DNA of 32,000 nt. It comes from an uncultured Bacteriovoracaceae bacterium. Lineage in GTDB: Bacteria > Bdellovibrionota > Bacteriovoracia > Bacteriovoracales > Bacteriovoracaceae. The position numbers and the translations under genes are program-made. Below are positions 1 through 9,631 of the stretch, one piece after another. Location: assembly GCA_964012805.1 (NCBI GenBank), contig CAXGUD010000001.1:822-32821 (forward strand), written 5' to 3'. Under the pieces are notes generated by a model. That model was not told the DNA's origin. It searched no databases and saw only the letters and a list, made by a program, of their open reading frames with translations. Position 1 is the first letter of the stretch; each line of letters starts with the position of its first letter.

Positions 1-281
1 CCTACTAAAAGTCATCTTTAAAAATTTAAAGTAAATTCAAACTTTATTTCGACACTTCATTTAAAACCTTTATTTGTTTATAAATGATCATTTAACTTGT
101 CTTTTAACATAAAAAAATATGGAGTAAGGTTAAAAGATAAGATGTCAATAAGTTCATTTTTTTAAACAAAACTAATAAAGTACTTTAATGCCTTTAGACT
201 CATTTAAAAATAAAATATAAAATCGATAAATATAAACTGCTATTAACATTTAAGTAATGTACTTTAAAAGGTGGTCTATCC

Positions 282-1424
282 TTGAGAAAGTTTTCCTTTA
301 TTTTTTTTCTTTTATTTTCTTTTTCATCTATTGGAAAAACTCCCGGTAAAGTTTTTAAAGATTATATAAAATCTCTCCAAAGCCAAAAAGCTTTAAAGGA
401 AACAGTCAAAATAGGAGACGGTATTTTTCTTAATCTTTCTAACCCTTCTGAAAAGTTCATTCTCCAACAAATGGATGTAAAAGTCTTAAAAGAAGTTGTT
501 GTAGAAAATAGAGCTGAAGTTTTTTTTCTTATAACCTGGCCGGTTAAACCTCTAGCGATAGAAAATTTTTTAAAAAAAGAAGAAAACAATAATCTTAAAA
601 ATGAAATTCCCAATGAATATATTGAATTAAAGAAGATAGGTAAAAAACGAGTTATTAATATTGGAACGATTTCCGTCCTTAAGGGGAAGGCCATCTTTTA
701 TAAAAATGAAGGAAAATGGTCTCAATTTATTAAAACGAAGAATAAACAAAACACTGTGATTAAGAGCTATTGCATTACACATCATATTCATGAGGCGATG
801 GAGCTTAATGAAAAGAGAAAGAAATTTTACTCTGCTTTAACAAATGGTAGAAGTAGAATCCTTTCTAACTTCTTAATCGCATCAGAAAAAATGTCTCTTT
901 TTGCAGTAAAAATGATGGAGCTGCAGGCCCTTCCCTTTAATAAACTAGGAGTAGATATCCTTTGCAAAGAAATGATTTCTATGAAAAAAGCTCCCGCCTT
1001 TCAAAGTAAAAAACCTCTTAAAAAATTTCCTAAGATGAAAAGATTTAAAAAGTGGAATAGTAAAAATCTTGTTAAAGACCTTTATAAAAACTACAAAAAA
1101 AGAGATTTTAAAGAGCTTTCAACCGTTCTAAGAAAAGAATTGGAAAAGCTTAAAAGGTTCCCTGGAATGTATTGTATGCATAGGCATATAGTTGAATCAA
1201 TTCTAAGGACTGCTAATTATGGCCCTATCCATAAAGAAAAAGCGAAAAGCCTAGGGCTTAACACTAAAAATGTAGAAAAATTAGGCGAGATTTCATGGAA
1301 CTTTATATTGTCGCAGATCATAACATTTCCCCTGGCCCATCAGATTGATAAGATGGCCTACCCTTTTCAGCAAGAAGGAATTCCTATCATTTGTCAGGAT
1401 GTCCCGCATATTCCTGAATATTGA
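282..1424 (+). CDS. secreted hypothetical protein (380 aa)
   Basis: Long ORF with hydrophobic N-terminal signal-like segment (MRKFSFIFFLLFSFSSIG); TTG start preceded by AGGTGG. No family recognised. Confidence 0.75.
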   Translation: MRKFSFIFFLLFSFSSIGKTPGKVFKDYIKSLQSQKALKETVKIGDGIFLNLSNPSEKFILQQMDVKVLKEVVVENRAEVFFLITWPVKPLAIENFLKKEENNNLKNEIPNEYIELKKIGKKRVINIGTISVLKGKAIFYKNEGKWSQFIKTKNKQNTVIKSYCITHHIHEAMELNEKRKKFYSALTNGRSRILSNFLIASEKMSLFAVKMMELQALPFNKLGVDILCKEMISMKKAPAFQSKKPLKKFPKMKRFKKWNSKNLVKDLYKNYKKRDFKELSTVLRKELEKLKRFPGMYCMHRHIVESILRTANYGPIHKEKAKSLGLNTKNVEKLGEISWNFILSQIITFPLAHQIDKMAYPFQQEGIPIICQDVPHIPEY

Positions 1425-1428
1425 ATCT

Positions 1429-3243
1429 CTAAAAATAATATATATGGGAAAATTCAAAACTAACTTCCTGCATGTTTTGTTCTAATTCTTTAAGAGAATC
1501 TATTTTCAAAGAAAGAGTATGACTAGGATTTAGGTGAAAAGATTGCTCAAAGCTTAAAGTAAGGATTTTAGACTTATCATTCAAAAAATTATTATCTAAG
1601 CGGACATTAAATAAAGATTTCATGTCGAAAACTTCTCGTATGACCATTCCAAAAGTTGGAAACATATAGAGATAATAAAAGTCTTTACTAATAGCTGTAC
1701 CTAATCCTAGCATGGCATAAAGGTCTATATCTTTGGCCAATCTAAAATTTAGCCCTGAGGCCAACTCAACATCAAAACTGAGATTAGGTCTTAGGTTACT
1801 GTTATAATGTTTATGAATGCCTGTTTTTACATTAAAGGATAAACCTTTAGTTAAAGGGTCGTAAGGCACGAGGGATAGAGCTTCAAAAAAAGTAAGGGTG
1901 TCAAGCTCAATTTTTTTATCTTTAAAATTATAAAGCAGTTTAAAATCGGCGAGTTTAAGCTGCCTCTCTGATAAGAACTGGCGGTTATCATCTCGAAGCT
2001 TTGTGCTTGCATATAAAAAGTTTATACCTAATTTATTATCTTTACCTCCAATGAAACTCATCGAAAATTGAGTATCCTGAGGCGTTTTATAGGGGTTTGT
2101 AAACTTTGAAAGGTTTAAAATTAAAGGCCGTTTTTTTTCATAATTTATAAGCTCTTTTCCAAATTTTTCGTAGTCGATTTGGGATATTTTCTTTTCATTG
2201 TAGCGGATATTATTTAGACCTTGGAGTATTTTCAAGGCCATTAATTTCTCTTTTTCACTAAAATGTTTGGAAGAATAAATATATTTAAAAGTTCTTTTAT
2301 CGAAGGCCTTTTTTATATCTTCAAGCTTAACTTCTTTTATTTCAGGGAAAAAGTTTTTTACAAGCCAGTGATCTGAAGCGATGAGGTCAGTGTAATTAAT
2401 CATTCCAAATGCATACGCATCTTTTATGACGTCTCCAGGGGTTATCCACCAGTGACCGTTTTCAATTTTTTTTGAATGACCTAAGGCCAATAAAAAATGA
2501 GTAAATGTTGCACAATTATATCCAATAAAAAAATAATCCGTTTTTGTATTCTTTAATTCCCATATATGGTAATGGATAAGTGTTCTTTTAAATGGTTCCA
2601 GATTTAAATCAATCTCCCAGACATTACGCTTTTCTTCAATTCGATATCTGTCTATAATTTTTTGATAAGGTTTAAAGAAAACAACTCCCTCCATTCCCAG
2701 GAATAAACTTGTGCTAACTAACCAAAGAGGGTTATGTGTCTTTATTCTTGCAAAATAATTAACTGAATGAGACACCTCATCGCCTATATCGTTCTTTCCA
2801 GACAACTTTAAAAAAGAATGGCCCATCATGCTTGTTGAGGAAAGGATATTTTGAGCAGCATAAACTAATTGAATATTTCGGGCAGGAGCTTTCTTTAAAT
2901 AAGTACTAAAGCCTTTGCACTCTTTAAACGACCCCCCCGCATTTTGTAGTTTTCTTTCTTTTAAATGTCTTTGTAAAAAAATATACCGCGCGGGAAACCT
3001 GCATTTTGCCAAGGGATCTTTAACAAATAAATTTATTGTAAGATTCAGTTCCTCCAAAAGATCTGGCGATCCATAAGACAATAAGAAGTTTTTATCCTTA
3101 TGAAAGAATTTTTTATTTTTATAATGCAATAAAGCCTTCCAAGTAGGCGAAGCATGAATAGATTTTTTTTCCAAATTTTGAAAATCTGCGAAGCAAACGC
3201 TAATTAGGGTATTTAGCATTAAAACTAAAATTAATATGATCAT
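1429..3243 (-). CDS. DUF4105 (Lnb N-terminal periplasmic domain-like) protein with probable C-terminal outer-membrane barrel region
   Basis: 604 aa ORF; signal peptide; motifs SSTSMMGHSFLKL (His) and FFIGYNCATFTHFLL (Cys) typical of DUF4105; C-terminus ends in aromatic residue after alternating beta-strand-like segments. Confidence 0.8.
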   Translation of the reverse strand: MIILILVLMLNTLISVCFADFQNLEKKSIHASPTWKALLHYKNKKFFHKDKNFLLSYGSPDLLEELNLTINLFVKDPLAKCRFPARYIFLQRHLKERKLQNAGGSFKECKGFSTYLKKAPARNIQLVYAAQNILSSTSMMGHSFLKLSGKNDIGDEVSHSVNYFARIKTHNPLWLVSTSLFLGMEGVVFFKPYQKIIDRYRIEEKRNVWEIDLNLEPFKRTLIHYHIWELKNTKTDYFFIGYNCATFTHFLLALGHSKKIENGHWWITPGDVIKDAYAFGMINYTDLIASDHWLVKNFFPEIKEVKLEDIKKAFDKRTFKYIYSSKHFSEKEKLMALKILQGLNNIRYNEKKISQIDYEKFGKELINYEKKRPLILNLSKFTNPYKTPQDTQFSMSFIGGKDNKLGINFLYASTKLRDDNRQFLSERQLKLADFKLLYNFKDKKIELDTLTFFEALSLVPYDPLTKGLSFNVKTGIHKHYNSNLRPNLSFDVELASGLNFRLAKDIDLYAMLGLGTAISKDFYYLYMFPTFGMVIREVFDMKSLFNVRLDNNFLNDKSKILTLSFEQSFHLNPSHTLSLKIDSLKELEQNMQEVSFEFSHIYYF

Positions 3244-3277
3244 TACCTATCTTTAGATTTTTTAAATATATAATTTA

Positions 3278-3311
3278 AGAAAAACAAAAAGAGGAGCCCT
3301 TGGGACTCCTC
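3278..3311 (-). terminator. rho-independent terminator downstream of the interrupted lipoprotein gene
   Basis: Minus strand reads GAGGAGTCCCAAGGGCTCCTC followed by TTTTTGTTTT. Confidence 0.65.
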
Positions 3312-3338
3312 CTATCCGAATCTATTTTTGTCGCTCTT

Positions 3339-3704
3339 TTATTGTTTTTTACATTTAATGACTATTTTTTTAGAGTAATCCCACATGTTACTTGAAGCAA
3401 AGTCAGTTGTAGACCCAAGACCTCCACCGGCTATGATATTAAGAAAAAATACTGGCGATAATTCTGGCTCCACCTTTGTCTTTTCATCACAGTTTTTATT
3501 TTTTGAGAGAATTTCCAAATTTTCTCGGCTTCTCTTTAGCTTAACTTTTGAAGGTATAGAGTATGTCATGCCACCAATTACAACATCAGCTTTTTCACCT
3601 GTGGAAGTTTCAAGACTTACCTGAGTTGTATCTTAGTTAATTATTGAAGCGCAACTTGAAAGAAGAAAAAAGATCAGTAAAAGTGGAATTAATTTAAAAT
3701 TCAT
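3339..3704 (-). pseudogene. short lipoprotein gene interrupted by an in-frame TAA at codon 24
   Basis: Minus-strand ATG at 3704 after GGAG: MNFKLIPLLLIFFLLSSCASIIN*DTTQVSLETSTGEKADVVIGGMTYSIPSKVKLKRSRENLEI...CKKQ*. The lipobox (LLSSC) segment and the body are in the same frame, separated only by TAA at 3635-3633. Confidence 0.7.
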
Positions 3705-3859
3705 AGAATTTCTCCAATTTGGGTTATAAAGTTCTTAGTATAATACCATTTAATCTTAGTAAAAAATTTACAATTCGTAAGAACAAAAAAAAATTAAACT
3801 TTTAAAGTGTAAAAATTTATTGAACCTTTAACAATTTACATAATTTCATAGTTCCAAAA

Positions 3860-3894
3860 CCCGACTTTTTTTATTTCTTCAATAAAAAAACGGG
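3860..3894. terminator. AT-rich hairpin, probable bidirectional terminator
   Basis: CCCGACTTTTTTTATTTCTTCAATAAAAAAACGGG; imperfect inverted repeat in an intergenic region. Confidence 0.45.
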
Positions 3895-4045
3895 ACTTTT
3901 GTGCGAACCATGGCCTCTATTTCATGAATCATTACTTTTCTTATTAAGTTAAATCGGGCTTATTTAAAATACCTTCGGAACTTCGACTCTATTTTTATCA
4001 ATAATTTAAACAGAGAGATTCAATAGATAGAAATAATTTTGAAAT

Positions 4046-4732
4046 TTACCTTCTTCTTAAGACAGCGATCCATCTCATAACGTTTAAAAGGTCAGAAAGA
4101 GAGGATGCTAGATATGTATAAGCGCAGGCCTTAAGAATTTGATGGGCACCTTCATGCTCCAACTCTGAAAAGTCCGGTCTTTTTCTTAAAAGAGGAAGCG
4201 CTCTTTTAAAACTTGCATCTATTTCAACTGGAAGAGTCACAAAGTTAATAATTGTGTTGGATAAGAGTCCTGCAACTCCAACTATAAGAGAAAGAAGACC
4301 AATTCGGGGTGAGCGGGTCACAAGAGTTAAAATGGGAGTGATCATCATAAAGGCCCCTCCCCATTTTTGAACAATCATCCCCAAGGTCGCTAAACTTGTC
4401 CGAAGACCTAAAAGACTATACTTCGTATGATCTTGAATAGCATGCCCAACCTCATGGGCGGCCACCACCAAAGAAGTCAGATCATTTCCATGAGCGTTCT
4501 CTTTACTTAGTCTAACGGCTTTAGCAATAGGGTCATAATGGTCAGGGCCATCAATCGTTTCAACTTGAACATTATGAATTCCATTTTGAAAAAGAAGCTC
4601 CTGGGCCAAGGCATGACCATTTTGAGAAAATGTTTTTGGATGGTTCCTATATTGGTTCAAAACCTTTTTGACATAAAATTGGGGGTAAAGGATCACTAGA
4701 AAAAAAACGACCGCTAAAAGAATGTAGAGCAT
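4046..4732 (-). CDS. YugP-like neutral zinc metallopeptidase, membrane-associated
   Basis: HEVGHAIQ zinc-binding motif, N-terminal TM helix, LPVEIDASFKRAL segment typical of the YugP/Zn_peptidase_2 family. Confidence 0.88.
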   Translation of the reverse strand: MLYILLAVVFFLVILYPQFYVKKVLNQYRNHPKTFSQNGHALAQELLFQNGIHNVQVETIDGPDHYDPIAKAVRLSKENAHGNDLTSLVVAAHEVGHAIQDHTKYSLLGLRTSLATLGMIVQKWGGAFMMITPILTLVTRSPRIGLLSLIVGVAGLLSNTIINFVTLPVEIDASFKRALPLLRKRPDFSELEHEGAHQILKACAYTYLASSLSDLLNVMRWIAVLRRR

Positions 4733-4754
4733 CCCTTACCTCCCTCTCCCTATT

Positions 4755-5042
4755 TTAACCCCAAAATAAAAGAAAAAAAGCAAAAATCAGACACACGACT
4801 CCTCCATTCAAAGGAGTTAAAGTTGTCCCGCCTAAAACCGCCATCATAATAAAGGCACTTCCCAAAAGGGAGATAAAAAACCTCTCACCTCTTGTCGTTT
4901 TCATGGGTAAAAAGCCCTTTGTCTTTTTAGTCGGGATCCTGACTTCCAAAACAGTAAGGCAGATGAGCGAAAGAAATATAAGACCAAAAAAGATGGCAGT
5001 TGGAGTCGTCCAGGCCATCCACTCTAAGTTAATCCCTTCCAT
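4755..5042 (-). CDS. DUF2160-like small membrane protein of glycerol ABC transporter loci
   Basis: 95 aa, hydrophobic; starts 3 bp after the upstream permease stop; same small membrane protein is found in Rhizobium-type glp ABC loci. Confidence 0.75.
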   Translation of the reverse strand: MEGINLEWMAWTTPTAIFFGLIFLSLICLTVLEVRIPTKKTKGFLPMKTTRGERFFISLLGSAFIMMAVLGGTTLTPLNGGVVCLIFAFFLLFWG

Positions 5043-5045
5043 TGA

Positions 5046-5843
5046 TTAAACCCTCCCCAAAGAAAGACCTTTGGCCATATGATGACGGACGGCCCAAATG
5101 ACAAAAAGACCTGGAACAATCGTTAAAACCCCAGCCGCGGCCAAGAGCCCCCAGTCCTGTCCAGCAGCACCTCTCGTCCTTGTCATAACGGCGACAATGG
5201 GCTTGGCGTGTACCGAAGTTAAGGTTCTCGCTAAAAGAAGTTCTACCCAACTAAACATAAAGCAGAAAAAGGCAGCAACGCCAATTCCCGAACGAATAAG
5301 GGGGAGGAATAGCTTAATAAAAAATGACGGAAAAGAATGCCCCTCTAAATAGCTCATCTCGTCTATTTCTTTAGGGATACCGGACATAAAGCCCTCTAGA
5401 ATCCAAACACAAAGTGGGATATTAAAAAGTGTGTGGGCCAAGGCCACTCCCCATAAAGTGTCAAAGAGACCAAAGGTTGAGTAAAGTTGAAAAAAGGGAA
5501 CAAGAAAGACCGCTGGCGGTGACATTCTATTTGTTAGTAACCAAAAAAAGAGGTGCTTATCCCCCATAAAGCGGTATCTCGAAAAGGCGTATGCAGCCGG
5601 TAAAGATACCAACAAACAAAGAATTGTATTGAATAAAACGTATATAAGGGAGTTAAAATAACTCCCGTACCAACTCACATCCTGAAAAATGACCTTATAA
5701 TTCTTTAGCGTAAAGTTTTGGGGGAAAAAACTTAACTCCCCCAAGATTTCTGCATTAGATTTAAAACTCATATTGATAAGCCAATAAAGGGGAATCAATA
5801 TAAAAAGAAAGTAGAGGATTAAAAGCCCCGATCTTTTTTTCAT
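5046..5843 (-). CDS. glpQ: Glycerol-type ABC transporter permease (GlpQ-like)
   Basis: MalG-type permease with EAA-like motif (EMSYLEGHSFPSFFIKLFLPLIRSGIG). Assignment as glycerol permease from operon context. Symbol refers to the transporter, not the phosphodiesterase. Confidence 0.8.
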   Translation of the reverse strand: MKKRSGLLILYFLFILIPLYWLINMSFKSNAEILGELSFFPQNFTLKNYKVIFQDVSWYGSYFNSLIYVLFNTILCLLVSLPAAYAFSRYRFMGDKHLFFWLLTNRMSPPAVFLVPFFQLYSTFGLFDTLWGVALAHTLFNIPLCVWILEGFMSGIPKEIDEMSYLEGHSFPSFFIKLFLPLIRSGIGVAAFFCFMFSWVELLLARTLTSVHAKPIVAVMTRTRGAAGQDWGLLAAAGVLTIVPGLFVIWAVRHHMAKGLSLGRV

Positions 5844-7657
5844 TGAACACTCTTTTTAGGTTGAATCTTTTTTGCTTTCGCCACCTTTTTTGCCCTTTTT
5901 AAAGACCACTCTCTTAAAAGGGTTTTATAGGCAACAGTTTTCCCTTTGGGCTTTTCAACACTCATAAGAGCTTTAGGAGAACCGGGTTGCGATAACCAAA
6001 AGTCTCTTCCCTTAGGCGACTTGGCCATTTTTGGAGCACATTTTTTCATACCTATGCGCTCCAACCTTCCCATAATACGATCCATCTGATTGGCCAAACG
6101 GTCTAAGGCTTGTTGAGGCGTTTTTTCACCATTAATAGCAAGAGAAATATTTTGCCACCAAAGTTGGGCCAATCTCGGGTAATCTGGAACATTCGTACCG
6201 GTCGGTGTCCACCTTACTCTGTCAGGAGAACGGTAAAACTCAACGAGACCACCAAGCTTTGGCGCCATCTTGGTAACAACCGGTGAGTTCAAATCAGATT
6301 CACGAATAGGTGTAAGTCCTTTAATAAACTTTGTTAAAGAAACCGTTTTTGAAACACTAAACTGGGCATAAAGCCAAGCCGCTTTTCTCCTTATTAAAGG
6401 CGTGCTTTTAAGCATCGTCCAAGAACCTGCATCTTGATAACCAAGTTTCATCCCCTCTTCCCAATAAGGGCCATGAGGTGAAGGCGCCATCCTCCACTTA
6501 GGGGTTCCATCTTTATTAACAACTGGAAGACCTTTTTTGAGGCTTGCCTTTGTAAAAGCTGTGTACCAAAAAATCTGCTGGGCCACTTGGCCTTGAGAAG
6601 GCACAGGTCCTGCTTCTGAAAAAGTCATTCCAACGGCCTGTGGTGGAGCGTACTTTTTCAACCAGTCAATGTATTTCGTAAGTGCATAAACAGAAGCCGG
6701 TGCATTCGTCGCTCCCCCTCTTTCAACGCTTGCTCCTACAGGGCGGCAGTTTTCAACACGAATCCCCCACTCATCCACCGGAAGACCATTAGGAATTCCT
6801 TTACTTCCTGTTCCCGCCATAGAAAGCCAAGCGTCCGTAAAGCGCCAACCAAGGGAAGGGTCTTTTTTTCCATAATCCATATGGCCATAAACCCTCTTTC
6901 CATCAATAGTTTTAACATCATTAGTGAAAAAATTAGCTATATCTTCATAGGCAGACCAGTTTTTCGGAACACCTAACTCATAACCGTATTTTGCCTTAAA
7001 CTTCTTTTTAAGATCTGGTCTTTGAAACCAATCATGACGGAACCAATAAAGATTCGCAAATTGTTGATCCGGAAGTTGATAAAGCTTTCCATCCGGTCCT
7101 GTCGTAAAACTCTTTCCTATAAAGTCATCGATATCGAGAGTTGGAAGCGTGACATCTTTACCTTCTCCACCCATAAAGTCACTTAAGGGAACTATATAAT
7201 CCAACCGGGAGTGAGTTCCGATCAAGTCACTATCATTTACATACATATCATAAATGTTTCTACCAGTATGCATTTGAGTTTGAAGCTTTTCAATGACATC
7301 ACCTTCGCCAATAAGATCATGAGTTAACTCAATCCCCGTAAGCTCAGTAAAGGCCTTTGCTAAAGTTTTGGATTCATAAGAATGGGTATCAATACTTTCA
7401 CTAACAACTTGAATTTTCATTCCTCTAAACGGTTTCGAAGCCTTGATAAACCATTCCAACTCTTTTAGTTGATCATCTTTAGAAAGAGTTGAATCCTTAA
7501 ACTCTTTTTTAATGAGATCTTTCGCCTTTTTTAAGGCCATTTTTTCAAAGTCAGTTTGGACATCAGTCGAAGCTCCCAATCCAATAGAGAAAAGACTCAC
7601 AAACCCAATGAGTGAAAAAGTTTTTCGAAAAGACTTTAATAAATGAAAAGCTTTCAT
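5840..7657 (-). CDS. glpV: Glycerol-type ABC transporter substrate-binding protein (GlpV-like)
   Basis: 605 aa, signal peptide; segments such as YWFRHDWFQRPDLKKKFKAKYGYELGVPKNWSAYEDIANFFT resemble the GlpV family. Confidence 0.83.
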   Translation of the reverse strand: MKAFHLLKSFRKTFSLIGFVSLFSIGLGASTDVQTDFEKMALKKAKDLIKKEFKDSTLSKDDQLKELEWFIKASKPFRGMKIQVVSESIDTHSYESKTLAKAFTELTGIELTHDLIGEGDVIEKLQTQMHTGRNIYDMYVNDSDLIGTHSRLDYIVPLSDFMGGEGKDVTLPTLDIDDFIGKSFTTGPDGKLYQLPDQQFANLYWFRHDWFQRPDLKKKFKAKYGYELGVPKNWSAYEDIANFFTNDVKTIDGKRVYGHMDYGKKDPSLGWRFTDAWLSMAGTGSKGIPNGLPVDEWGIRVENCRPVGASVERGGATNAPASVYALTKYIDWLKKYAPPQAVGMTFSEAGPVPSQGQVAQQIFWYTAFTKASLKKGLPVVNKDGTPKWRMAPSPHGPYWEEGMKLGYQDAGSWTMLKSTPLIRRKAAWLYAQFSVSKTVSLTKFIKGLTPIRESDLNSPVVTKMAPKLGGLVEFYRSPDRVRWTPTGTNVPDYPRLAQLWWQNISLAINGEKTPQQALDRLANQMDRIMGRLERIGMKKCAPKMAKSPKGRDFWLSQPGSPKALMSVEKPKGKTVAYKTLLREWSLKRAKKVAKAKKIQPKKSVQ

Positions 7658-8523
7658 TCATTCTCCTTATTTAAAATCCAATTATAAAAAACAAAACTAA
7701 ACAAAAGAATAAAAAGGAAGTAGATGAGAGAGAAGGCGCTAGCAATGCCTAAATCAAATTGGCCAACAGCGAGTTTCGTTAAAAACTGACTCAAAAAAGT
7801 CGTTGAATTCCCAGGCCCTCCTCCTGTTAGAACAAAAGGCTCTGTGTAAATCATAAAGCTGTCCATAAAGCGAAGCATGACAGCGATCATCAAAACATTT
7901 TTTAATTTAGGAAGCTCAATATGACGGAAAACGGCCCAACGGTTGGCACCATCAATAGCAGCGGCCTGGTAATAGGCTTCCGGTATTGCTTTTAAACCAG
8001 AATAGGCCAACAGTACAACAAGAGGAAGCCAGTGCCAAACATCCATAACAAGAACCGTCCACCAGGCATGACTTGGATTATTAGCGTAATTGTAAGTTAA
8101 ACCCAATTGCTTTAGAGTGTGCCCTAAAAGACCTATGTCCGATCTTCCTAATATTTGCCAAATCATACCCACAACATTGTGAGGAATTAAAAGAGGCATG
8201 GCCAGAATAACCAAGCAGAAGGAAACTCTTTTTCCCTTTTTAGGCAACAGAAGAGCGACACCAACACCCAGAGGAATTTGAACAAATAAGACTAAAAAAG
8301 AAAAAAGCATTTGCCTTAGAAAAGCCTGGTGAAGCTCTCTATTTTGGAGGACTTCCCGAAACCACTCCCATCCGACAAAAACTCTTTGGTTAGGCCCCAT
8401 TATATCTTGAAATGAATAATTGACGACGGTCATTAGAGGAATAACTGCACTAAAGGCAACCATTAAAAAAACAGGAAGGACAAAAAGCCAAGCCTTTTCA
8501 TTTTTTATCTTGCCATCTTTCAA
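7654..8523 (-). CDS. glpP: Glycerol-type ABC transporter permease (GlpP-like)
   Basis: MalF-type permease, EAA-like loop (EAYYQAAAIDGANRWAVFRHIELPKLKNVL), 4-bp overlaps with neighbours. Confidence 0.83.
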   Translation of the reverse strand: MKDGKIKNEKAWLFVLPVFLMVAFSAVIPLMTVVNYSFQDIMGPNQRVFVGWEWFREVLQNRELHQAFLRQMLFSFLVLFVQIPLGVGVALLLPKKGKRVSFCLVILAMPLLIPHNVVGMIWQILGRSDIGLLGHTLKQLGLTYNYANNPSHAWWTVLVMDVWHWLPLVVLLAYSGLKAIPEAYYQAAAIDGANRWAVFRHIELPKLKNVLMIAVMLRFMDSFMIYTEPFVLTGGGPGNSTTFLSQFLTKLAVGQFDLGIASAFSLIYFLFILLFSFVFYNWILNKENE

Positions 8524-9599
8524 AGAGACTCTCCAGGAAAAAGGGACACTTTACTCAAGGGAAACTCAACACCAACCCTGTCTCCATGGTGGATTGAATG
8601 GCGACCTTCCAAGACAGCTTTAATTGAAAAAGACTCTTGCTCCAAAGTGAGCAATTGACTTGCACCAAGATAATCCACCTTTTTCACCTTCCAAACCCAA
8701 TCATTTAAGAGACAGGGGTTTAAATTTAGACCAACATGCTGTGGCCTTATTCCTAAAGCCCCCACTCCGTCGGATTGCCTATCTAAGGTTTCAAGGTTTT
8801 TAAAATAGGATTCAATATGGGGAGTGACTTCCATAGGAGAAACTTTTCCCTTATGAACTTTGTAATTTAAAAAATTCATACCGGGAGTTCCAATAAAATG
8901 ACCAACAAAACTAGTTTTAGGGTTTTCAAAAAGGTCTCTTGGACAACCCTGCTGTAATATGCTCCCCTCCTCCATAACCACAACTTCTTCAGCAAAAGTA
9001 AGTGCCTCAGTCTGGTCGTGGGTAACATATAAAAAGCTCAATTCAAGCTCTGCATGAATCTCCTTTAACTTCTTACGGAGAAACCTTTTGAGGCGGGGGC
9101 TTACAGCGGTTAGAGGTTCATCAAAAAGTACCGCTGAGACATCTTTTCTAACAAGCCCTCTTCCAAGCGAAACGAGTTGCTTTAAATGAGGTGACAGTTC
9201 TTTTGCCCCATCCTTAAAGTGATCGGTAAGCTCCAACAATTCTCCTATTTCTTCAACTCTTTTTCTAATCTCGACAGAACCCATTCCGTAATTAAGAAGA
9301 GGAAAGGCCAAGTTTTGAAAAACAGTCATCGTATCGTAGACAACAGGGAACTGAAACACTTGCGCAATTTTCCGCTTTTGTGGTCCGAGGTTTGTCACGT
9401 CTTCTCCATCAAAAAGAACCTTACCCTCTGACGGAGTTAAAAGGCCTGACAAAATTTTAAGAAGGGTCGTTTTTCCACAGCCAGAAGGCCCTAAAAGAGC
9501 TATTCTTTTATGCTTTTCAAACATGCATTCAAGAGGTCCTAAAACCCATTTTTTCTGATCGTAGGAGTGCCTTACTCCTTGGAGTTCAATTTTTGCCAT
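8520..9599 (-). CDS. glpT: ABC transporter ATPase (GlpT-like), intact Walker A/B, non-canonical signature motif
   Basis: Walker A GPSGCGKTTLL, Walker B AVLFDEPL, H-loop YVTHD; signature replaced by ELSPHLKQLVSLGRGLV. Confidence 0.85.
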   Translation of the reverse strand: MAKIELQGVRHSYDQKKWVLGPLECMFEKHKRIALLGPSGCGKTTLLKILSGLLTPSEGKVLFDGEDVTNLGPQKRKIAQVFQFPVVYDTMTVFQNLAFPLLNYGMGSVEIRKRVEEIGELLELTDHFKDGAKELSPHLKQLVSLGRGLVRKDVSAVLFDEPLTAVSPRLKRFLRKKLKEIHAELELSFLYVTHDQTEALTFAEEVVVMEEGSILQQGCPRDLFENPKTSFVGHFIGTPGMNFLNYKVHKGKVSPMEVTPHIESYFKNLETLDRQSDGVGALGIRPQHVGLNLNPCLLNDWVWKVKKVDYLGASQLLTLEQESFSIKAVLEGRHSIHHGDRVGVEFPLSKVSLFPGESL

Positions 9600-9631
9600 A
9601 TACTGTGCCCTAGAAAATTAACCCTACTGTT

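Noticed and set aside
3385-3624. Plus-strand ORF (79 aa) over the interrupted lipoprotein region
   Set aside because: It is the antisense shadow of the minus-strand lipoprotein reading frame, which has lipobox, RBS and terminator.
5029-5352. ORFs 5029-5250 (-) and 5098-5352 (+)
   Set aside because: Both lie inside the permease gene and its overlap with DUF2160; the permease frame has family motifs.
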